Shown here: positions 38,641 to 52,185 of the stretch, one piece after another | How positions within the stretch are numbered: position 1 is the first letter of the stretch | Layout of the letters: each line of letters begins with the position of its first letter | Assembly (NCBI RefSeq): GCF_018350175.1 | Contig: NC_058368.1 | Span: 108,068,001-108,132,000, forward strand | Direction of reading: 5' to 3' | DNA from: Felis catus | Taxonomy: Eukaryota | DNA length: 64,000 bases | Position numbers and translations under genes: made by a program | Notes under the pieces: generated by a model | Seen by the model: the letters and a program-made list of their open reading frames with translations, nothing else | Database searches by the model: none | What the model was told of the DNA's origin: nothing

Positions 38641-39439
38641 TTTACCACGTACAGTTCTCTAAATTCTTTCTGCTTTTGTTGACTGGATATTGATATCAGG
38701 GCAACTTTAAAGCTACCTGTTGGAGAGGACAGAATTACCATCAACCTAGATCCCTGAGTGAATTCATGACTCAAACCTCCTTCCCTACACATCCCTCCCC
38801 CCATCACTTGCTCCCACTACTAGGAAATCCCAGTGGACTGTTTCATGTACAAGAAATACACTTCTGTTAAGTAAATAAAATTGTGGGGTTTATTTGAAGC
38901 AGCAACTAGAATTTACCTATATCTGATTACCTTCAGCTTCATCAACTATGGTTTTACCAGTAATATATATTTTGAAAGAAGATTTCTCCATACCCTTGTT
39001 AACAGTATGTTAGAAACTCTTGTGTTGTTTACAAATCAGATAGGTAGAGAATCCATCTTACTGGAGTCTTAAGTTGCATTTCTTTTACTGTGACTCAAGT
39101 CAAAAGTCTTTTCGTATGTTTTCATATATTAAGAATCATTGATAGTTCCTTCTCTGTGAATTGTCATTTCACATCGTATGCCCATTTCTCTATACAATTG
39201 TTGGTTTTTTTCTTTTGTTTGTGATACGAATTGTAAGATTTTTTTTCCCAGACTGTCATTTCTCTTTTAATGTTTTTATGGGATTAGGGGGGAGGTTTTT
39301 TGTTTTCTTTTGTTTTTGTTTCTATTTTGCTGTGCAGGAATTTTTGGTTTTATATGTGATAAGTTTATCAATATTTTATTTTACAGTTTCTGGTTTTTTT
39401 TTTTTTAATCACTCTTAGAAAAGTCTTAACCTCTTCAAG

Positions 39440-39660
39440 ATTTAAAAAAATTTTTTTTAATGTTTTATTTATTTTTGAGACAGAGATAGACAGAGCGTGA
39501 GTGGAGGAGGAGCAGAGAGAGGGAGACACAGAATCCAAAGCAGGCTCCAGGTTTCGAGCTGTCAGCACAGAGCCCGATGCGGGGCTTGAACTCACAAACC
39601 GCGAGATCATGACCTGAGCTGAAGACAGATCCTTAACCAACTGAGCCACCCAGGCGCCCC
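39440..39660 (-). mobile_element. SINEC_Fc within an old antisense L1 (about 38960-39880)
   Basis: TSD cttcaagattt. Confidence 0.88.
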
Positions 39661-39880
39661 CCACTTCAAGATTTTTAATAAATATCCTTTTATATTTCCT
39701 TATAGTAATTTTATAGTTTTAATTTTTTACATTTAAGGTTTTGATCCACTTAGATTTTATTTTGGTTTTAGGTAGGTAGAGATTAAATTTATTTTTTCCC
39801 TGACATCTACCAGTTACTCTAACAGATTTTTGCCTAATCTATCTTTTCCACAAGACTTGAAGTTCTACCTTTGTCATATA

Positions 39881-40372
39881 CAGAGCTTCCTTAACTTATG
39901 ATGGGGTTATGTCCCAATAAACTCATTGTGAGTTGAAAATACCAGAAAATGAAAATGAATGTACTCTGCCTAACCTACTGGGCATCATACCTTAGCCTAG
40001 CCTATCTTAACTGTGCTCAGAACACTTACATTAGCCTACAGTGGGGCAAAATCATCTAGCACAAAGCCAATTTTATAATATAGTGCTGAATATGTCATAA
40101 TTTATTGAATACTGTAATGAAGTGAAAGACAATGCTTATAAGTATATCGTTTGCTTACTCTCATGATCATCACGTGGTTGACTGGAAGCTGTGGCTCACT
40201 GTCCCTGCCCAGCATCACAACAAATTACCCTACTACATATCGCTCTCCCAGGAAAAGACCAAGATTGAAAATCTGAAGTATGATTTCTCCTGGAAACTCA
40301 GGAGATTTTTCATAAAGTCCATCATAAAGTCAAAAATTTTTAAATTGAACCATTGTAAATTGGGGACCACCT
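39881..40372. mobile_element. MER82-like TcMar-Tigger element
   Basis: ta|cagagcttccttaacttatgatggggttatgtcccaataaac...ttagcctagcctatcttaa...ttggggaccacct. Confidence 0.75.
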
Positions 40373-41025
40373 ATGCTGAATTCCAACACACATCACAACA
40401 GCAGTTTTCATGTTTTCTATCTTGTTCTACTGATGTATCTGTGTATTCAGATGCCAGACCACATTATTCTCATGTAATCTTCATAAAAGTGTTTGGCTGT
40501 CTTGTAGAGAGAGCTCCCATTCGTTACTCTCCTATATCATAATTTTCCCAACTATTCTGGTTTATTTGTCCATGTAAACTTTACATTAAGCCCATCTGGC
40601 TCTCAAAAATACGTAACCTAATTTTGGAGGAGGGAGGGGGACATCACCTATTTTAAACATCAAATTGGTCATTTTTGCTGCTGTTTTGTTAGGTCAACAT
40701 TTTTAGTCATGTGATCACTATTGTTTCTTGCCTCTCACTCTGCCTTAGTTCAAGTTTCTTTTTATTAAGACAGTTCTTTTCCTGAGAGTCTGTAAGAGGC
40801 AGCCTGCATTAATTGGTTTGTCTGAAATGTCTATTTCTCCTTCATTTGTGAATGATAGTTTCACTCGACAGAATTCTGTTCTGACAGTTCTTTCCATTCA
40901 GCACTTTGAAAGTATTATTTATTGTTTTCCAGTTTCTATAGTTGCTGCTGATATATCTGTTATCAATGAAATCATTTTTCCAGTCTGTCTTTCAGATTTT
41001 TCTTTCTTTCTAAAGTATTTTGTAG

Positions 41026-42290
41026 GGCAGCCTAGGTGGCTCAGTCGGTTAAGCGTACAACTTCGGCTCTGGTTATGACTCATGGTTTGTGAGTGGGAGC
41101 CCTGTGTTGGGCTCTGTGCTGACAGCTCAAAACCTGGAACCTGCTTTCAATTCTGTGTCTGTGTCTCTCTGTTTCTCTGCCCTCTCCCACTTGTACTCTC
41201 TCTCTCAAAAATAAATAAATAAACTTTTAAAAAAATGTATTTTGTAGTCTCCATCTTTTCTCAAGGTTGCCGTAGGAGTTTCCTTTTAATCTATGCATTT
41301 TGTGGTATCACTGAAGTGGTAGGTATCACTGCAGTATCATCTACAGTGCAGATGTGGATTTGTTTTTATTTATTCTTCTCCAGTCTCCACTCTCTTCTGA
41401 TTTCAGAATTTATTATATTCATCATTTCTGGAAAATTCTCAGCCATTGTATTTTCATATGCATCCTCTCTTCTATTATCCCTATTCACTCTAAAAATCCT
41501 TTCAGTCTGTATTAGGCCTTTCAGTCTATCCTTCATGTGTCTTTTTTTCTCTTTAATCTTTACACCCAACGTAGGGCTCAAACTCACAACCCTAAGATCA
41601 AGAGTCACACACTCTACCGACTGAGCTAGCCAGGTGCCCCTAGTCTTCCTGTCTCTTAACCACTCGTTCTTATTTTCCATCTTATCATTTCATGATATCC
41701 TGAGTAATTTGCTTTGCTCCATTATCCACTTTACTGTTTTTTTCTTCAGCTATGTATAATCTGTACTTTAATTGAATTTTTCAATTCAAAGCATTAGTTT
41801 TCATTTCTGGAAATTGTATATTAAAAACATTTTTTAATGTTTTTTATTTATTTTTGAAAGAGAGAGATAGAGCATGAGTCGGGCTCAAACTCATGAACCT
41901 CAGGACTCGAACTCATGAACCACAAGATCATGACCTGAGCTGAGGTCCCAGACACTTAACCAACTGAGCCACTCAGGCGCCCGAAATTATGTATTTTTAA
42001 AATCAAAATTGCATATTGTCTTCCATATATATTATACTGTAGTTTTATTTACTGTTTTTCTTTAATATTTTTTCTCTTAAAAATTCATTATTGGGGGGTG
42101 CCTGGGTGGCTCAGTCAGTTAAGCATTTGACTCTTGATTTGGGCTCAGGTCATGGGATCAAGTCCCATGTAGGGGGTTTTATGCTGACAGTGAAGATTTT
42201 CTCTCCCTCTCTTTCTCTCTCTCTCTGCCCCTCCTCTGATCACATGCTTTCCCTATCTTTCTCCCTCAAAAATAAATAAGTAAACTTCAA
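41026..42290. mobile_element. Cluster of four CanSINEs (41026-41234 +; 41540-41640 -; 41820-41983 -; 42093-42290 +) in an old L1 relic
   Basis: SINE heads and tails; TSDs gtattttgtag and t(t/c)cattatt. Confidence 0.8.
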
Positions 42291-43630
42291 AAATCCATTA
42301 TTGTTACTATTATTAATAACAGTAATTTAAAACTTTTTTATTTTCTTCCATTTTTTTAATCATTTGAAAGAATTATTTTGCAGAAATATTTTTCTGTAAG
42401 TTCTCCAGGTTGCTTGTACTCCTGTTTATTGTTTTTCTGTGGACATAATGTCATATGTTTTGTCTTTTTTTTTTTTTTTTTTTACCGTGTATCTTGAGTA
42501 CAAAATTCATGTGACCACTGCTGAAGAAGCATCCCTGTAGAGCACTTTGGAGTTTGCTACTGCCTGGCACCCTGGGTGTTTTTCACTGGGGTCCCGCACC
42601 AGCTTTAATATTAATGTCTTGGCCAGGAGTTCCCTCACCATAGGGGTAGAATAAATTCAGATTCCACATCTGAGAGAGGCTTAACTTACATTTTGTTTCT
42701 TGGTGGGGGAGTGGGGATCGCTATCCCAGAGTCCTGCTCAGAGCTTACTTCCTTGATGTTTCTCTGATTTGATAGAGTTTGTCTACCCAAAGGGGAAACC
42801 CTTCCACACGTCATTTCTTTTTATAGGAAGTATCAGTTCTATATCCCCGCTTTGAAATGGCCAAAACTGTTATGTTATGTCCTCCTATGATGATTAAACT
42901 CCAGTCTCTAGTTAATAGGGTCAATATTTAGATCCAGTATTCTGCCTTAGTATCAGTTAACACACTTCCCAAAGCAGAAATGAGTCCTTTTTCATTTCTG
43001 GCACCTATGAATTTTTCTTTCTTATAGACTCAGTTACAGATTTTAAACATTTCTTTATGTTTTATGCAACATTTTTATGAATTTCAAAATTCATCTTATG
43101 GAGTTTTATTATGTTCTGCTTAGCTTAGAATATAAACTACTTTTCCATTTTGTTCTTTCGTAGACATAGCAGTATTGAGTCTCTCTACTTCTAACCTTTG
43201 TATATTTATTTTTGCCGGTTATCTCTCAAACTGTATATTGGATTTCTATTAACCATTTATTTTAGGACTCTGTAAGAAGTATCAGTAAAGTGCAACGAAG
43301 CATAACTCTAAGCCCTCTGCTAGGAACTCTTCACAGATCTCATTCATATGAGTCTCTTTACTCTCTTACACTTCTGCTTGCTTATTATAATTAGGGTTAA
43401 GTTGTCTTCTGAAGTCAATAACTGAGAGTTATAAGAATTCATTTATATATTATTTCTAGAAAAAGCGTATATATGTTTGCAAGAAGGTTATCAATTTCTA
43501 AAGTTTTACAACTCATGTCTTGTGATCAGCTTTCTTTTCCTTTGAATTTCACTGAAGTCCTAGTGGAACAAATGGCTGTGTTGGTGCGGAAGAGTAATCG
43601 ATCGGACCAGCAAGCAGGATCTGGCTTATA

Positions 43631-43736
43631 CAGGCCAGTGTCTTCAGTGTGCAGCCTGTGCAGTAACACAGGTTCCCCTGTTCAGAAGGATCCTGAACTT
43701 GGTTTAATGTTCTGCTATTGCTGTCTTAGTATTTTT

Positions 43737-43800
<64 letters not shown>

Positions 43801-45833
43801 TTCCTTCTTTCTAAATCTATTTATTTATTCTGAGAGAGAGAAGGGGAGGTGGAGAAAGAGAGCAGAGAGAGAATCACAAGCAGGCTCCACACTGTCAGCC
43901 TAGAGCCCAATGAGGGTCTCAATCCCAGGAACCATGAGATCCTGACCTGAACTGAAATCAAGAGTCAGACACTTAACCAGCTGAGCCACCCAAGCACCCC
44001 TTTATTTATTTATGTATTTATGTATGTGTGTATTTATTTATTATTTTATTTTATTAAAAAAATTTAATACCAGTGTACTTAACATACAGTTGTTATATTA
44101 GTTTCAGGTATACAATATAATGATTCAACACTTCTATACATTACTCAGTGTTCATCATAAGCATACTCTTAATCCCCATCATCTATTTCACCCATCGTCC
44201 CCACCAACCTCCCCTCTGTCATCATTTGTTTGTTCCCTATTGTTAAGAGTCTGTTTTTTTGGTTTGTTTCTCTTTTTTTTCCTTTGCTTTTTTGTTTTGT
44301 TACTTAAATTCCACATATGAATGTGATCATATGGTATTTATTTTGTCTGACTGACTTACTTTGCTTAGTATTAAACTCTCTAGTTCCATCCATGTGTTTG
44401 CAAATGGCAAGATTTTATTCCTTTTTATGGCTGAGTAATGTTGCCACATCTTCTTTATCCATTCATTCATCAATGGACACTTGGGCTGTTTCCATAACTG
44501 GGCTATTGTAAATAATGCTGCTGCACTAAACATAGGGGTGCATGTATCTTTTTAAATTAGTGTCTCCATATTCTTTGGGTAAATATCCAGTAGTGCAATT
44601 AATGGCTCATAGAGTAATTCTCTTTTTAGTTTTTGAGGAGATTCTATGCTGTTTTCTGTAGTATCTTCACCAGTCTGCATACCCTTTAACAGTACACAAG
44701 TGTTCTTTTTTCTCCACATCCTTGCCTACATTTGTTGTTTCTTGTATTTTTTTTAGTTATTCATTTTTATTTTTACTTTTTTTTAAATTTTTTTTTAACG
44801 TTTATTCATTTTTGAGACAGAGAGAGACAGAGCATGAACAGGAGAGGAGCAGAGAGAGAGGGAGACACAGAATCTGAAACAGGCTCCAGGCTCTGAGCTG
44901 TCAGCACAGAGCCTGACACGGGGCTCGAACTCACGGACCGTGAGATCATGACCTGAGCCGAAGTGGGACACTCAACCGACCAAGCCACCCAGGCGCCCCT
45001 ATTTTTACTTTTTTTAAGTAGGCTCCAAGCCCAACATGGGGCTTGAACTCACAACCCTGAGACCAAGAGTCACATGTTACACCAATTGAGCCAGCCAAGC
45101 ACCCCATTTTGTCTTTTGATTTTAGCCATTCTGACAGATGTGAGGTGAAATCTCATTGTGGTTTTGATTTACATTTCCCCAATAAGTGATGTTGCACATA
45201 TTTTCATGTGTCTGTTGGCTATTTGTATGTATTCTTTGGAGAAATGTCTGTTCATGTCTTCTGCCCATTTTTAATTAGATTATTTGGGTTTTTTGGTGTT
45301 GAGTTTTATAAGTTCTTTATATGTTTTGGATACTGTTTATCAGACTTATCATTTGCCAATATCTTCTCCCATTCAGTAGGTTGTCTTTTAGTTTTGTTGA
45401 TTGTTTCCTATGCTGTGCAGAAGCTTTTTATTTTGATGTAGTCCCAATAGTTTATTTTTGCTTTTGTTTCCCTTGTGTTGGGAGACATCTCTAGAAAGAA
45501 GTTGCTATGATTCATGTCAGAGAAGTTACTGCCTGTGCTGTCTTCTAGGATTTTTATGGTTTAAGTTCTCACCTTTAGGTCCTTAATCCATTTTGAGTTT
45601 ATTTTTGTTTATAGTGTAAGAAAGTGGTCCAGTTTCATTCTCTTACATGTAGCTCTAATGGCTTTCTCAGCACCATTTGCCAAAAAGACTTTTTCCCACT
45701 GCATATTCTTGCCTCCTTTGTCAAAGATCAATTGATCATATAATCGTGGGTTTATTTTATTCCTACTATTTTTTAAAAAGGAGCCTCGCATTTTCATTTT
45801 GTACAAGACACATAAATTATGTAGCCAATCTTG
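43631..45833. mobile_element. MER45A-like hAT MITE (43631-43737 and 45764-45833) split by an antisense carnivore L1 plus three SINEs
   Basis: Left half caggcc...gcctgtgcagtaacacagg...ttggtttaatg; right half gcattttcattttgtac...aaattatgtagccaatcttg. L1 at about 44065-45760; SINEs at 43812-44000, 44780-44999 and 45008-45104; (TTTC)n at 43737-43808. Confidence 0.75.
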
Positions 45834-46325
45834 ATCTCAGTACTTGTTCATCTCTGAAGCAAAAATTCTTGGTGAAAGTGAAGAGGTTCCAATGTCAAAA
45901 CAACATTAAAGTTCCTGATAACTCAAGTTTGTGTTTCTGGGTTAGCCCAGGAGGCTTATAATCTGAGTCCACGAGAAAGAGGACTTTGATCTAGGAACAG
46001 TTGCTCTGGACTGGAGTTCCTGCTGTCCAGCCACATATCTGCAGTGCATATGTTTAAGGGAGCCACAGTTAGATCCCAACAACAATGGAAGCCAGAAAAC
46101 AGTGGACAGAGAGTTTCAATGTGGTAAAATGGCTGTCAAATTAAATTTCATTAAACTCTCATTGTTTTGAATAGAGATCTTGAAGCTGAAAGCAAAAGAA
46201 TTCCAAAAATTAAACCGTGCAAGTACTGACTAAAAGAAAGCTGATGTAGCTTTAATAATATCAGGATTTAAAATGAAAAGTTACTACTAGAGATAGAGAA
46301 ACACTTAATAATAATTAAAGGTCCA

Positions 46326-46455
46326 GGGACACCTGACTGGCTCAGTCAGTAGGGCACGTGACTCTTGACTTCAGGGTTGTGAGTTCGAGTTCCATGTTGG
46401 GTGTGGAGATTGTTTAAAGATAAAATCTGAAAATAAAAAAGAATAACGTAAAAAA
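46326..46455 (+). mobile_element. Short CanSINE within an L1 endonuclease-region relic (about 46200-46750)
   Basis: TSD aaaggtcca; flanking L1-like gatgtagctttaataatatcag and acattttcaaaaat. Confidence 0.75.
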
Positions 46456-47339
46456 AGGTCCAGGTCCAGATCTCCAGGAAGATATAAAATTCCAAATTTT
46501 TATAGACTTAACATGGCCCACATTTAAGAGGCAAAAATAGACCTTAGACAAAATCAAAATCATAGTTGGTGATATAATCCACCTCTTTTGATAGCGATAA
46601 AATAAATAAATATTTTTAAAAAACAGAAAAAGTAAGGAAGATTTAAACAATATAACTTGCAAGCTTGACTTAATGCAATGTAGAAAACACTATACTCACA
46701 ACTGCAGAAAACATACATTTCGAGCACACAAAAGAACATTTTCAAAAATGGAAATTAGGCTGGCCCAGGTGTCTTAAGTCCCAAGGGGTCAGAAGGCCAA
46801 GGTGTCTGCTAACCTAGGAGTGAATGAAGTGGCTACAGATTTCCATGATCCCAGGAGCAAGAGGGCCTGCTGAGGAATCTGCTCTAAGTCCTGAGGGGTT
46901 ACGTAACAGCAGCAAGATCTACTGTCTTCAAAATGTGAAAGTGTGCAAGACACCCTTAAAAGAGGTAGATTCACTCCAGAAAGGAAACTCTGGGTAATTT
47001 TTCTACCAAAAGAGCTAACATACACGTAAGTGTATGTATTCTTTATGGCTAAAGCTGGTGGTTCAGAATTACCGGGGAAATGATAATAAGGGATGGCAGG
47101 AGTTGTTCCTATAGTTTACAGAGAAAATGTACAAGAAAAGCAAAGATACTGGCTGCCAATGGCTCAGAATTGCAGCCATTCTGATGGGCTGAGAGAAATA
47201 TCTGGAATTGATTTTGCTGCCTCTATGGACCAAAAGCCCAGACAAGCAAATAGGCTGATGAGCAAACCCAGCATGGAATAAGAAAATTATGGGTACAGGA
47301 AAGAAAGAACAAGGTTCTGTTAGTTCCCCACTACTCTCA

Positions 47340-47720
47340 TCCCAAAGAAGAGACCTTAAATATTCTTGAATTTGCTGGATACCAGAGCTTACAGGTGATT
47401 ATTTCTGGTGTTTGTTTGTTTTCTTATGTATTTATTTTAGGTCTGTACTGTGCTTACTGTTCTTTTGTCTGTCTTGCTGAGTGATATGGATGTTCTGGGT
47501 ACAGGGTATCCTGGGTGGATTTATTCAGGGTAAACTTTGTTAATGACTTCTATAACAATGGGCAAGATTCATAGTCAATAAGAGCCTGTTCTTGCTGAGA
47601 CTGTTATGATAAAACAATGTGTCATACCAAGAAGAAGAAAAAAAAACTTAGTTATCTCATTCCTGATTTAACTGTACGGATTGTAACCACTGCTATCTCC
47701 CTGTTCAACAGTCCTGGGAC
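47340..47720 (+). pseudogene. Decayed ERVL-class protease / reverse-transcriptase N-terminus
   Basis: FLNLLDTRA//QVIISG at 47363-47409 resembles the retroviral protease LLDTGA motif. VMIKQCVIP...//LSYLIPDL...ISLFNSP at about 47603-47715 resembles the recalled ERVL pol start (KQYRIP...IKDL...SPFNSP). Both are frameshifted. Confidence 0.6.
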
Positions 47721-47805
47721 AGGTGGAAGTCAACATTGTTTGCTGCACTTCCCGTGGACAACTGAGGCTTAAACAGGAAAGTGACTGTCATTATTCCCAT
47801 TGTGC

Positions 47806-48073
47806 AGTGGTTCCTAAATTTTGGTGCATAATAGAATCTCCTGGAAGGATTTTTAAAAATCCTGGTGCCAGGGCCCAAGGGTGGGCTCAGATGGTTAAGC
47901 ATCTGATTCTTAATTTTGGCTCAGGTCATGATCTCCCAGTTTGTGAATGTTGAGGCCCACATCCAGCTCTGTGCTGACAGCTCAGAGCCTGCTTGGGATT
48001 CTGTCTCCCTCTTTCTCCGCCCCTCCCCCACTCATGCTGACTCTCTCAAAAATAAGTAAACTTAAAAAAAAAA
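47806..48073 (+). mobile_element. MER5-like hAT fragment followed by a CanSINE (47871-48073)
   Basis: cagtggttcctaaattttggtgcataatagaatctcctggaagg, then a SINE head. Confidence 0.7.
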
Positions 48074-48867
48074 CCCAATGCCAAATGAATTTTCTTATAC
48101 ATATAAATTTGAGCCTATGGTTTTTTTCTTCCTGTACCAACTTTTGTTAAAGGTAACATTATTTTAACATTAGAGTTTATGACATTTATATATTTTTTCT
48201 TTAACCACAAACTTTTATTTTATTCTGTTTTCACAGTTAAATGAATTCACTATTGCATACTTTGTCCTTTTGCCAGTTTCTCCATTTATCTCTCAGTTGG
48301 CTGAAATTAAATTCTGAAGTAGTTTGTTGAAGAAGAACTCCCTGAATTTTTCTGTATTCAGAATTGTACTTCTATTGCTTTTATACCTAGGAGTAATTTA
48401 CCAGGCATAAAATTTCTTGAGTCACACTTTCTTCCCTTGAGGATGTTGAGTTCTTTGAGGACATCATTTTACTGACTTCAAAACAAGGCTATGAAGAAAT
48501 CAGAAACACAGTCATTGTGACTTATACTTTTACCTGGCAAACCAAAATTTTCTTTCTTTACCGTTGATGCTCAGTAACATTTTTGCTAGGATATGTCTCG
48601 TGTTAGTTGGTTCATAGTAGAGTAAAAGATAAGTGGCCTTTTATCTAGACAAAAAGTTTTCTTGATTTATGTCTTTACTTAAGATGGTCCTTTTTTGGGA
48701 GGGGGTTCATATCTTTGAGGATACCAATTATATGCCAATTACATGTGTGTTGTATCTACTTCCTCATCTTCCTTTATGTGATTAATGTTATCTATAGGTA
48801 ACCCAAAGCAATCGTCGTTCTAAGTGAGCAAATATTAGAAGCATTCCTTTTAAAAACAGGAATGAGA

Positions 48868-50900
48868 GAGGCACCTGGGTGGCTCAGCCGGTTAAGCGTC
48901 CAACCTTGGCTCAGGTCATGATCTCACGGTTTGTGAATTCGAGCCCCACGTCGGGCTCTGTGCTGACAGGTCAGAGCCTGGAGCCTGCTTCAGATTCTGT
49001 CTCACCCTTTCTCTCTGTCTCTCTGTCTCAAAAATAAACAAACATTAAAAAAATTTAAAAACAGAAATTAGAGAAAGATCATCTTTTCTGTTAAGTCTTG
49101 CATTGGAGGTTCTAATCGGTGTAGAGGCATATGCTTTGGCAAGAAGGAAATACGATGGTCAGTATTTGCAATTGATTCTGTTTATATGAGAAACCCCAAA
49201 TAATCCACAAATTGATAAGATGTCAAGTGTAGACAAAAGTTAGTTTTATTTCTATATACTAGCACCAAATACCTAGAAAGAGTAATAAAAGAGAAGAAAC
49301 TATTTGTGGTAATATTGGAGAATATCAAGTCTGTAGGAATAAATCTAATGGAAAATATCCAACACCTCTGTAGAGAAAAGTTTAAAAAATTTTTGAAAAA
49401 ATACCTATCAAAGGGGCATCTGGGTGCATCAGTCAGTTAAGCGTCTGACTTTGGCTCAGGTCATGATCTCATGGTTTGCGAGTTTGAGCCCTGTGTCGGG
49501 CTCTGTGCTGACAGCTCAGAGCCTGGAGCCTGCTTTGGATTCTGTGTCTCCTTCTCTCTCCTACTGGTGCTCTGTCTCTCTCTGTCTCTTAAAAATAAAT
49601 ACATGTAAAAAAAATTTGTTTTAATAAGTAAATAAAAAATACCTACCATAACACAAATATACCATATTAATGCAAGATGTTAATATAGGGTTATGGGGAT
49701 GAGAGCTATATGGGAAGTCTCCGTACTTTCCATTCAGTTTTTTCTGTAAAGTTAAAACTACTAAAAAGAAGTCCATTAATTTAAAAAACCCCTTTAAAGA
49801 ATATATGCAGCGGCAGTAAAACTATATAAAAACAAATGAAGAAATAATGAATAGTGCTATAGTTGTTTGTCAGAATTCTTAACAAATAGATGACTTATTT
49901 TAATATTTTATATATTTGTCTTACTGATTTATAATTTATTAGTTCATGGAATATGGAAATAGGACTGAAATTATCTCTTGGTGAGCAAAAGAATATGTTG
50001 GGCAGGTCTTACTTGGAGCAAAAAGCTGCAAAAAGCTCCTTTAGTTGTTTTCACTTTTTAAACCAAGAAATCACTGTGGAGATCATTCTTTTTACCAAAG
50101 GAAATTCTTTTTTAAAAATCTTTTGTGTTTTTTCCACTTAAGAAATTCCCATGAAGTTGTCAAATGATCAAAATGTTAACATTCCCCTCTCAAAAAAGTT
50201 AATTTCCTTTCTCTTTTAAAGTATCCACCTCCTTTTTCCTAATTTTTTTAGTGTTTTATTTATCTTTCGATAGAGAGAGAGAGTGAACGGGGGAGGGGAA
50301 GAGAGAGAGGAAGACAGAGGATCTAAAGTGGGCTCCATGCTGACAGGCTGATAGCCACAAGTCTGACCCCGGGCTCATACCCACGATCTGTGAGATCAGG
50401 ACCTGAACCGAAATCAAGAGTCACGCTTAGCCGACTGAGCCACCCAGGCGCCCCCATATAATCTACTTTTTAATAAAGTAGAATATGCAATTCTTTATTA
50501 TGAGAGAAGAGAAAATGGGGGGAAATGGTCTTGGAGACAATATATGAATAGCAGAATAACTCACTGAATTGACAGTGCCCGTTGAATCTCACGTGTGTGC
50601 AATTTCTGTTCATAAGGAGATACTGTAAATACAAAACTGTTCATAGTAATGGAAAATAAACCAGGAAGAAGTCAATCCCTGCAATACTGATGATTTATTA
50701 AAAACACACAGATGAATATAAAACAATCACGTAGGTACTATAAATTCCATTTCAGGGCACCTGGGTGCCCTCCGATTCCAGCTCAGGTCATGATCTCACG
50801 GTTGGTGGGATCCAGCCCCGTGTTGGGCTCCATGCCGACAGCACAGAGTCTGCTTGGGATTCTCTCTCCCTCTCGCTCAAAATAAATAAATAAACTTGAA
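48868..50900. mobile_element. CanSINEs at 48868-49055 (+), 49413-49635 (+), 50240-50455 (-) and 50754-50900 (+), interspersed with old L1 fragments
   Basis: SINE bodies with TSDs such as aaaaataccta and aaattccatttca. Confidence 0.8.
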
Positions 50901-51420
50901 AAAATTCCATTTCAACTCTTCGCATACTATCCTTTACGGACGAATGCTATATGGAGCTTATCAAGGAAGTAATTGAAGCAGGAATATTTTGAAGTTCAAA
51001 GGTTATATGTGATACTTTAACGACATGGCCATATACACACACTTTATTCTTAAAGCAATATCATTCATACATTTTGTCTTTCTGCCCTACTTATTACTAT
51101 CATATTCTGTTCCATATTCTAAAGCCAGACTCCTTAGTACAGTGTAATGTCATTGTACAGGTGCAGCATCTTTTTGTCTCTGTGCCTAAGAGGCTCCTTT
51201 CTCTGACCCTGCACTCATTCCCTAGTTACCTAAAGGCACCACATTCTCACCTCTCCCTGATTTCATTCGTTTGGTTCTTCCATGCCAAAAAATCGGATCC
51301 TTCCGTTCTTTTTTGGATAATTCCTCTCAAGCATCTGATCTTTAAGAATAGGATTCCTACAGACTGAGTCAAACGTCTTCTACCCAAACTATCTCTGTGA
51401 TAATACTTACCTAACTCTGC

Positions 51421-51608
51421 CCAACTTCCTCTTCACGCTAGAGTAAAGCTGGAGCCGGAAGTTGTGGTGGCAGCTTCTTGATTCAGCAGCTTCCTGACTA
51501 CAGCTAGAGCCAGAGCAAGGGTGGGCAGAGTCTGCATGTGGCTTCAGGGCAGGGGTCAGAGATGAAACACTCACCCCACAGCCAGGCTGGCCTGCGGACA
51601 AGGTAAGA
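51421..51608 (+). promoter_or_regulatory. Candidate ETS/PU.1/RUNX enhancer or alternative promoter with a downstream splice donor
   Basis: AACTTCCTCTTC at 51423-51434 (GAAGAGGAAGTT on -), CCGGAAGT at 51455-51462 directly followed by TGTGGT at 51463-51468, and donor AAG|GTAAGA at 51603, all in sequence with no recognised repeat. Confidence 0.45.
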
Positions 51609-51939
51609 CCAAGAGTCTGATTGTACGTGGAGGGTCAGAAACAGAAAAGAAGCCAGAAATTGTTTGTGGGTACAAGAGGCAGAACTTGGGAAGAGTTCAG
51701 AGACAAGGGGCTATCAGAGGTGGTATGAAGAGACAAGAGCTGTTAGGATCCACAGCTGTGACATTTTTCTGGTTTTTGCTTTTCTTCCACTATTCTCCAT
51801 CCCCAGCCCAACAGCTTAAGCGTAGACCTCCATCACTGTAGCTCTATTGCTTTCTATGGGACCTGCTGCACAGTACGTAGGCAGCATATATCTGTTGAAT
51901 TGCATGGAGCCCTATTAACTATTCTTTAAAAACCATTTT

Positions 51940-52185
51940 GGGGGCCCTTGGGTGGCTCAGTTGGTTAAGCCCCCGACTTTGTTTCAGGTCATGATTTGCA
52001 GGTCATGATTTGCAGCCCCGTGTCAGGCTCTGTGCTGACAGCTCAGAGCCTGGAGCCTGCTTCGAATTCTGTCTCTCTTTCTCTCTCTCTCTCTCTCTGC
52101 CCCTCCCCTGCTCTCCCTTTCTCTCTGTCTCTCTCAAAAATAAAAAGATTTTTAAAATCTTTAAAAATAAAAAGATTTAAAAAAA
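51940..52185 (+). mobile_element. SINEC_Fc with an internal duplication
   Basis: caggtcatgatttg occurs twice in tandem, and the tail aaaataaaaagattt is duplicated. Confidence 0.85.
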
